A stretch of DNA of 64,000 nt from Alphaproteobacteria bacterium (GTDB taxonomy: Bacteria; Pseudomonadota; Alphaproteobacteria; MPNO01), in contig OZ219866.1 of NCBI GenBank assembly GCA_964291675.2, forward strand, positions 1,952,001-2,016,000. The letters run 5' to 3'. Positions 58,312 through 64,000 of the stretch are shown here, piece by piece (position 1 is the stretch's first letter; each line of letters starts with the position of its first letter). The notes beneath the pieces are model-generated. The model was not told the origin of the DNA. It saw only the letters and a program-made list of their open reading frames with translations, and ran no database searches. The position numbers were made by a program, and so were the translations under genes.

Positions 58312-59066
58312 GGCCGGGCCACGATCAGGAAACCGTAGCCGACCGCCACCGGGGCGAGCGCGCAGGCCAGATCGTCGAGCCAGCCCAGCAGCGGGTTGCC
58401 GACCACCGCGGTCTCCGGCAGCAGGCTTTCCGGCTCGACGCTCTCGATTCGGAAGCCGGCGGACGACAATTCATCGCGTGCCTCGGCGGGCGAGAACAGG
58501 TGATAGAACATCTCGATACTACCAGCCTCCGAACGGCGCGCGTACAAAACATCGCCGGGCTCCAGATCGCCGTCCCGCACCATCGGGGCCGCGGCGCGCT
58601 GCTCCGCGTGGAACCGGCGTCGCGCATTGGGCAGGCTGAGCACCAGAACGCCGTCCGGCTTGAGGATTTCCCGAATCGCGGCGAGCAGAGCCGCGCGCTC
58701 CTTCCGCCCCGCCACATGGGCGAGGACGCCGAATGCGAGCAGTGCGAGGTCGAACCCGCGTGGAAACGACTGGGCGAGAGCCGTCGCGTCGGCGTTGCGC
58801 ACCGAGAGGCGTCCGCCGCCGACGAAAGTCGCCAGACGCTCCGACAGCATGTGGCAGGCGGTCGGGCAGACGTCGTAGGCCATGCCCGTTGCGCTTGTGT
58901 GTTGCAAGAGGGGCAGGGTGTAGCGCCCCGTCCCGGCGCCGAAATCGACGAAGCGGCCCTCCGCCGGCATCAGGCGCAGCACCCTCCGCAGCGTGCGCCG
59001 ATTCGGGGCGGGATAGCGGCGGTCGTAGAGCCCCGACGCCAGATACTCATCGTAGCTGTGGGACAT
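58308..59066 (-). CDS. Class I SAM-dependent methyltransferase
   Basis: VDFGAGTGRY, LKPDG; GTGA overlap with the SBP-permease gene; start uncertain. Confidence 0.82.
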   Translation of the reverse strand: MSHSYDEYLASGLYDRRYPAPNRRTLRRVLRLMPAEGRFVDFGAGTGRYTLPLLQHTSATGMAYDVCPTACHMLSERLATFVGGGRLSVRNADATALAQSFPRGFDLALLAFGVLAHVAGRKERAALLAAIREILKPDGVLVLSLPNARRRFHAEQRAAAPMVRDGDLEPGDVLYARRSEAGSIEMFYHLFSPAEARDELSSAGFRIESVEPESLLPETAVVGNPLLGWLDDLACALAPVAVGYGFLIVARP

Positions 59067-59434
59067 ATCCGGCGTGGTTGCCTGGGGCTCGGCCACACCG
59101 GCGGCCACGCAATCCTTGATGCCGCTGGGTGAAATGTTGGCGTCTCCACTGGCCCCATCGAGATGCGGATGCATCTCGTCGAGATTGAAAATGCGGGCTG
59201 CGCCGCCCGATAGCGGTGAGCGGCGCTCAAATTCTCCCGATCGCCGATAAATTCTGCCCGGGTTCGAGATTGTCGATGCCTCCATTGTTGACAATTTTGG
59301 CCTCCGGTTCAAATAGTAAGTCCAGACGGCTCGACAATCGAAAACCGGCTGCGACCGTTTGTCGCAGAGGCGGTCGGTCCGGGCCGCGCCATGGGCCGAA
59401 TCCCCGACCGGCCGATCGAGAGGAGCAAGGCAAG

Positions 59435-60340
59435 GTGAAGCTGCGACGAGCGGGCCGGTTGAGCTTCCCGAGGGCGGCGGTCGCGCTGACCGGTGCGGTG
59501 CTGGCGACGGTCAGCTTCGCGGCGACGGCGGCGGAGAGCGTCCTGACCCGAATCGCCGAGGACGGAATGCTCCGCGCCGGCACCCGGGCCAGCGCCGCGC
59601 CCTTCGCCCAGAAATTGCCGACGGGAGAATTTCGGGGATTCTCCGTCGATCTTCTGCAGGATATCCGGGCTGCGGTGCAGCGCGAGGTGGGCCGCCCGGT
59701 GCGCATCGAGCTTCATGAAGTCACGCCGAGCGACCGTCTGCAGCGGGTCGCCCGGGGCGAGCTCGATATCGTCTGCGGCATCACCACGCCGACCTGGGAC
59801 AGGGAGGCGACCGTCGATTTCTCGCTACCGTTCTTCCGCGACGGTACCCGGGTGATGGTATACCGGCGCGGCGCCGGAGAGACCGTCGATGTCGCCAAGC
59901 TCAATATCGGCGTCGTCAAGGGCACCACGACCGTCGACGTTCTCAAGAACAACCTCCCGGGGACGCGGCTCAGCGAATTCCCCAACATGGCCGCGGCGAT
60001 GAGCGGGTTCGAGAAGGGCGAGGTCGACGGGGTCGCCAATGTCGGCGTCGTGCTGCTCGGTCTCGCCGAGCGCAGCGAGCCGCGGCGCAGCGTCGTGCTG
60101 CTGCCGAGGACCCGATCCCTGGCGACCGAGAGCCTCGCCTGCGTGCTGCCGCAGAACGACAGCCGCTGGCGGGATCTGGTCAACCGAACCCTGATCCGCA
60201 TGTTCGGCGACGTGCGGCAGTTCAGGGGACGCTACGAGGAAATCTACAATCGCTGGTTCGGGCGGGACGGCGCGCTGTTCTACCCGCTCGATCGCGCGAC
60301 CCGCGACTATCTCGCCGACGTGTCCATCTGGGCCAAGTAG
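59435..60340 (+). CDS. Amino-acid ABC substrate-binding protein (GltI-like, family 3)
   Basis: Signal peptide, GTRASAAPF, GFSVD, DIVCGITTPT, DFSLPFF, GTTT; GTG start after AGGAG. Confidence 0.88.
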   Translation: MKLRRAGRLSFPRAAVALTGAVLATVSFAATAAESVLTRIAEDGMLRAGTRASAAPFAQKLPTGEFRGFSVDLLQDIRAAVQREVGRPVRIELHEVTPSDRLQRVARGELDIVCGITTPTWDREATVDFSLPFFRDGTRVMVYRRGAGETVDVAKLNIGVVKGTTTVDVLKNNLPGTRLSEFPNMAAAMSGFEKGEVDGVANVGVVLLGLAERSEPRRSVVLLPRTRSLATESLACVLPQNDSRWRDLVNRTLIRMFGDVRQFRGRYEEIYNRWFGRDGALFYPLDRATRDYLADVSIWAK

Positions 60341-60539
60341 TCGCCGGATCGTCGGCGCACCCGCGGCGCGTCCCGACCGGCTCCGACGGCGCGGCGAACC
60401 CATCGAGGTTGATTGCCGCCCGGTTCGCGGCCTATAAGAATGTCATTCCCTGAATCGTAGTTTCTGTTGGCGTGACTCCCGAGAACGGCTGGATGGCTGC
60501 ACCGCGAGCGCCAATGCGAACCGGAGGGCATGCAATATC

Positions 60540-62027
60540 ATGTCGCACATCGCGAATTCGATCGGATTGACGGCTACCGAACGCAGGGCCGGGCGTGGGT
60601 CGACCCCGTCAGGCGCCGCGCGGTTCGATGCGGGACACCGCGACGGCGCTCGGGACACCGGCGTCTCGCCGGGATGGCGGCGCGCCGCCCCGCTCGGGCT
60701 CGCCGTCGCCGCCCTGCTTCTGCTCCCGGCGGACGCGCATGCGGCGGTGGCCGACGAGACGCAATTCGTCCTGAACAGCTTCTCGTTCCTGATCTGGGGC
60801 GCGCTGGTGATGTGGATGTGCGCCGGTTTCACCATGCTCGAATCGGGCTCGGTGCGGACCAAGAACGCCTCGGTCATCTGCCTCAAGAATATCGGCCTCT
60901 ACTCGATCGCCGGGCTGATGTTCTACCTCGTCGGCTACAACATCATGTATGTCGGGGTCCCCGAAGGCGGCTGGTTCGGCACGCTGACGCTGTTCTACGG
61001 CACCACCGGCGAAGAAAAGGCGCTGCTCGGCGGCGGCGGCGACGCGGCCAAGGCGGGCGCCGCGGTGGTCAAGAACGGCTATTCGACGATGTCCGACTGG
61101 TTCTTCCAGATGGTGTTCGTCGCCACCACCGCCTCGATCGTCTCCGGCACGCTGGCCGAGCGGGTGAAGCTCTGGTCCTTCCTGCTGTTCATCACCGTGC
61201 TCACGGCGATCATCTACCCGGTCATCGGGTCATGGACCTGGGGCGGCGGCTGGCTGTCGGCGATGGGCTTCCAGGACTTCGCCGGTTCGACGATCGTCCA
61301 CTCCACCGGCGGCTGGGCGGCGCTTGCCGGGGCGCTGGTGGTCGGCGCGCGGAAGAACAAGTTCCGCGCCGACGGCAGCGTGAAGGTCACCCCGCCATCC
61401 AACGTGCCCGCAGTGACGCTCGGCGTGTTCATCCTCTGGCTCGGCTGGTTCGGGTTCAACGGCGGCTCGCAGCTCGCGCTCGGCGGCGCCGCCGACGCGG
61501 TGGCGATCAGCAACATTCTCGCCAACACCAATCTCGCCGCGGCCGCGGGGGTGATCGCCGCGATGGCGCTGTCGCGTCCGGTTCTCGGGCGCGTCGATCT
61601 TCTCGCCAGCCTGAACGGCGCGATCGGCGGCCTGGTGGCGATCACCGCGGGGCCCGACATCGTCCAGCACTACTGGGCGGTGATAATCGGCGCGGTCGGC
61701 GGCTGCATCGTGGTCCTCGGGATCAAGCTGCTCGACCGGCTCAAGATCGACGACGTGGTCGCGGCGGTTCCGGCGCATCTGTTCGCCGGCGTGTGGGGCA
61801 CGCTCGCGGTGTGCATCGCCGCGGGCGGCGATATCGTTGCGCAGATCACCGGCATCCTGGCCATCGGGGCGTTCGTGTTTGCCGCCTCGTGGGTGGTATG
61901 GTGGGCGATCGATTCGACCATCGGCGCGCGCGTCACGCCGATAACGGAAGAGCTGGGGCAGGATGTCGCGGAGCTGGGCATCGAGGCCTATCCGGAATTC
62001 GTCGTCGTCCCCGACATGGACGACTGA
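60540..62027 (+). CDS. amtB: Ammonium transporter (Amt)
   Basis: FFQMVF, DFAGSTIVH, LWLGWFGFNGGS, KIDD, PAHL; start uncertain. Confidence 0.93.
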   Translation: MSHIANSIGLTATERRAGRGSTPSGAARFDAGHRDGARDTGVSPGWRRAAPLGLAVAALLLLPADAHAAVADETQFVLNSFSFLIWGALVMWMCAGFTMLESGSVRTKNASVICLKNIGLYSIAGLMFYLVGYNIMYVGVPEGGWFGTLTLFYGTTGEEKALLGGGGDAAKAGAAVVKNGYSTMSDWFFQMVFVATTASIVSGTLAERVKLWSFLLFITVLTAIIYPVIGSWTWGGGWLSAMGFQDFAGSTIVHSTGGWAALAGALVVGARKNKFRADGSVKVTPPSNVPAVTLGVFILWLGWFGFNGGSQLALGGAADAVAISNILANTNLAAAAGVIAAMALSRPVLGRVDLLASLNGAIGGLVAITAGPDIVQHYWAVIIGAVGGCIVVLGIKLLDRLKIDDVVAAVPAHLFAGVWGTLAVCIAAGGDIVAQITGILAIGAFVFAASWVVWWAIDSTIGARVTPITEELGQDVAELGIEAYPEFVVVPDMDD

Positions 62028-62128
62028 GGAATGGCTTGCCTGCCCGAGCGGCCCGCATTCGAGTACAATGGGGCGCCGCACCGGCCGAAGGCGTGCGTTC
62101 ATAGAAGCAGCCGCAGGACACGAAGACG

Positions 62129-62467
62129 ATGGATTTGACGACTGAACGAAGCGAAAACGTCGTGTGCGTGGACGTGAAGGGGCGAATCGACGGGTCCACC
62201 GCCGTCGCCTTCGAGGAGTCTGTGCGCAACGCGCTCGAGGAATCCGACCGCGCCATGATCATGGATTTCCGGGAGCTCGCCTATATCAGCAGCGCCGGGC
62301 TCCGGGTGATCCTGCTGACGGCGAAGTCGCTGCAGAGCCAGGACGCGAAGCTGGTGCTGTGCTCGCTTTCCGATCAGATTCGCGAAGTGTTCAAGATCAG
62401 CGGCTTCGACAAGCTTCTGCCGATTCACGAGACCAGGGAGGAGGCGCGCGAGTCGCTCGGCGCCTGA
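62129..62467 (+). CDS. STAS-domain anti-sigma-factor antagonist (RsbV/SpoIIAA-like)
   Basis: KGRID, YISSAGLR phosphoacceptor motif, EVFKISGF. Confidence 0.93.
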   Translation: MDLTTERSENVVCVDVKGRIDGSTAVAFEESVRNALEESDRAMIMDFRELAYISSAGLRVILLTAKSLQSQDAKLVLCSLSDQIREVFKISGFDKLLPIHETREEARESLGA

Positions 62468-62554
62468 GCCGCGCGCGCGTCCGACCGGCGGCTGCCCGAG
62501 CCGCGCCCCGCCCGGCCCGCCGGGCGCATCCCCCGTTGTCGGGAGGCACCGTAG

Positions 62555-63259
62555 ATGGACGGACGGAAGGTTGCGATCGTTACCGCCGGCGGCAGGGGGA
62601 TGGGGGAAGCGATCGCCCGGGCCCTCGCCGGGCGGGACCACGCGCTGGTCCTGATGTCGCCCGGCGGGTCGGCCGAGGCGCTGGCCGAAGAGCTTGGCGC
62701 GATCGGCGTGAACGGCTCGGTCACCCGGGCGGAGGACCTCGAAGCGGCGGTCGCGGCGGCGATGGATGCGCATGGCCGGGTCGACGCGGTGGCCAACAAT
62801 GCCGGCTTCCCGCCCAAGGGGGAGCTGCTCGACATCCCCGACGAGGACTGGCGCGACGGCCTCGACATGGTGCTGCTGAACGTCATCCGCATGGCGCGCC
62901 TGGTGACGCCGATCATGGTCGCGCAGGGCGGCGGCGCGATCGTCAACATATCCACCTACGCCGCCGTCGAGCCCAGCCCGGCCTATCCGGTCTCGGCCAC
63001 GTTCCGGGCCGGGCTCTCCGCCTTCACCAAGCTGTATGCGGACCGCTACGCCGCCGACGGCATCCGCATGAACAACATCCTGCCCGGCTTCATCGACACC
63101 CATGGGGTCGATGAAGGGGTGGCCGCGGGAATTCCCGCGCGGCGCTACGGAACCCCGGAAGAGGTGGGCGAGACGGCGGCCTTCCTGCTGTCGGACGGCG
63201 CCGGCTACATCACCGGCCAGAACCTCCGCATCGACGGCGGGCTCACCCGCTCGGTTTAG
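62555..63259 (+). CDS. SDR oxidoreductase
   Basis: TAGGRGMG, NNAG, YITGQNLRIDGG. Confidence 0.9.
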   Translation: MDGRKVAIVTAGGRGMGEAIARALAGRDHALVLMSPGGSAEALAEELGAIGVNGSVTRAEDLEAAVAAAMDAHGRVDAVANNAGFPPKGELLDIPDEDWRDGLDMVLLNVIRMARLVTPIMVAQGGGAIVNISTYAAVEPSPAYPVSATFRAGLSAFTKLYADRYAADGIRMNNILPGFIDTHGVDEGVAAGIPARRYGTPEEVGETAAFLLSDGAGYITGQNLRIDGGLTRSV

Positions 63260-63269
63260 CGCCGCCCTC

Positions 63270-64000
63270 TCAGGGGTGCAGCGAGATGCAGATCGCCTCC
63301 TCGCCCGGGATCTCCCCGCCGAGCATCCGGATCGCGCGCTCGGCGTCCTCCAGCTTCATCTCGTGGGTGTGCATCGGCGCCAGTCTTTCCAGGTTGCGGG
63401 CGAGCAGGTCGATGCCGGCGCGGTACATGTCGGCGCCCTGGGTGAACACCGCCTTCAGCGTGATCTCCTTGTAGACCATGCGGTCGGTATCGAGCGTCGC
63501 CACGCTGTTGCCGCCCTTGACCCCGGCGACGACGATGGTCCCGCCCGCGCGCACGACCTCGACGGCGTGACCGATGACCGCGGTGTCCGCCGGCACCACG
63601 TCGACCGCGATGTCGACGCCCCGCCCGCCGGTGATCTCCATGACCCGGGCGACGGTGTCCTCCTCGTCGGCGACGATGGTGTGGGTGGCGCCGAAGGCGC
63701 GCGCGAGGTCCAGCTTGAAGGCGTCGCGCGCGAGCCCGGTGACGACGATCTCGGCAACCCCGGCGGCCTTGAGCGCGATCACCGAGGCGAGCCCGCGCTG
63801 CCCGCACCCCATCACCAGCACGGTGTCGGAGAAGCTCGCCCCGGGCACCGCGACCGCCCAGCGGATGCCGGCGGCGAGCGCCTGGTACATCGTCGCCATC
63901 TCGTCGGGCACAAGGTCGGGCAGCTTGTGCATCAGGGTGCGCTCGTGCAGGTGGATGTACTCGCCGTAGCCGCCCCACAGCCCGTGACCGATCGTGGTCG
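63270..64000 (-). CDS. Zinc-binding (MDR) alcohol dehydrogenase, 5' end outside the window
   Basis: LWGGYGEY, VMGCGQRG, GGRGVD; frame open to the window edge. Confidence 0.85.
   Translation of the reverse strand, partial: TTIGHGLWGGYGEYIHLHERTLMHKLPDLVPDEMATMYQALAAGIRWAVAVPGASFSDTVLVMGCGQRGLASVIALKAAGVAEIVVTGLARDAFKLDLARAFGATHTIVADEEDTVARVMEITGGRGVDIAVDVVPADTAVIGHAVEVVRAGGTIVVAGVKGGNSVATLDTDRMVYKEITLKAVFTQGADMYRAGIDLLARNLERLAPMHTHEMKLEDAERAIRMLGGEIPGEEAICISLHP

Noticed and set aside
51225-62467. Integrative island at tRNA-Arg
   Set aside because: The block lies on the 5' side of the tRNA; no integrase or duplicated tRNA 3' end was seen

Overview
High-GC bacterial chromosome segment, most consistent with an Alphaproteobacterium (REP/RPE-type palindromes, glmU-glmS, TRAP and RND systems). 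Most of it is catabolic/redox genes: UbiD decarboxylase, GMC, two LLM monooxygenases, a Rieske oxygenase, flavin monooxygenases, gamma-resorcylate decarboxylase, three Mo-hydroxylase large subunits and peptidases. It also holds tRNA-Val(CAC), tRNA-Arg(CCT), a RelE-type TA module bracketed by inverted repeats, and a MITE. The most striking locus (about 51.3-62.5 kb) is a nitrogen-linked partner-switching system. An amino-acid ABC permease is fused to a periplasmic sensor-HAMP-PP2C(SpoIIE) phosphatase, next to an SBP-permease fusion, a methyltransferase, an RsbW-like kinase, a STAS protein, Amt and type III glutamine synthetase. No ABC ATPase is present and both permeases have a degenerate EAA coupling loop. 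Other highlights: a tandem nitrile-hydratase-leader-like (NHLP) protein inside a catabolic operon; a stand-alone sORF/sRNA with a 16-nt perfect anti-SD complement; and an intergenic region with DnaA boxes, NrdR-like boxes and candidate ncRNAs. All product calls come from motif recognition by eye, not database searches.
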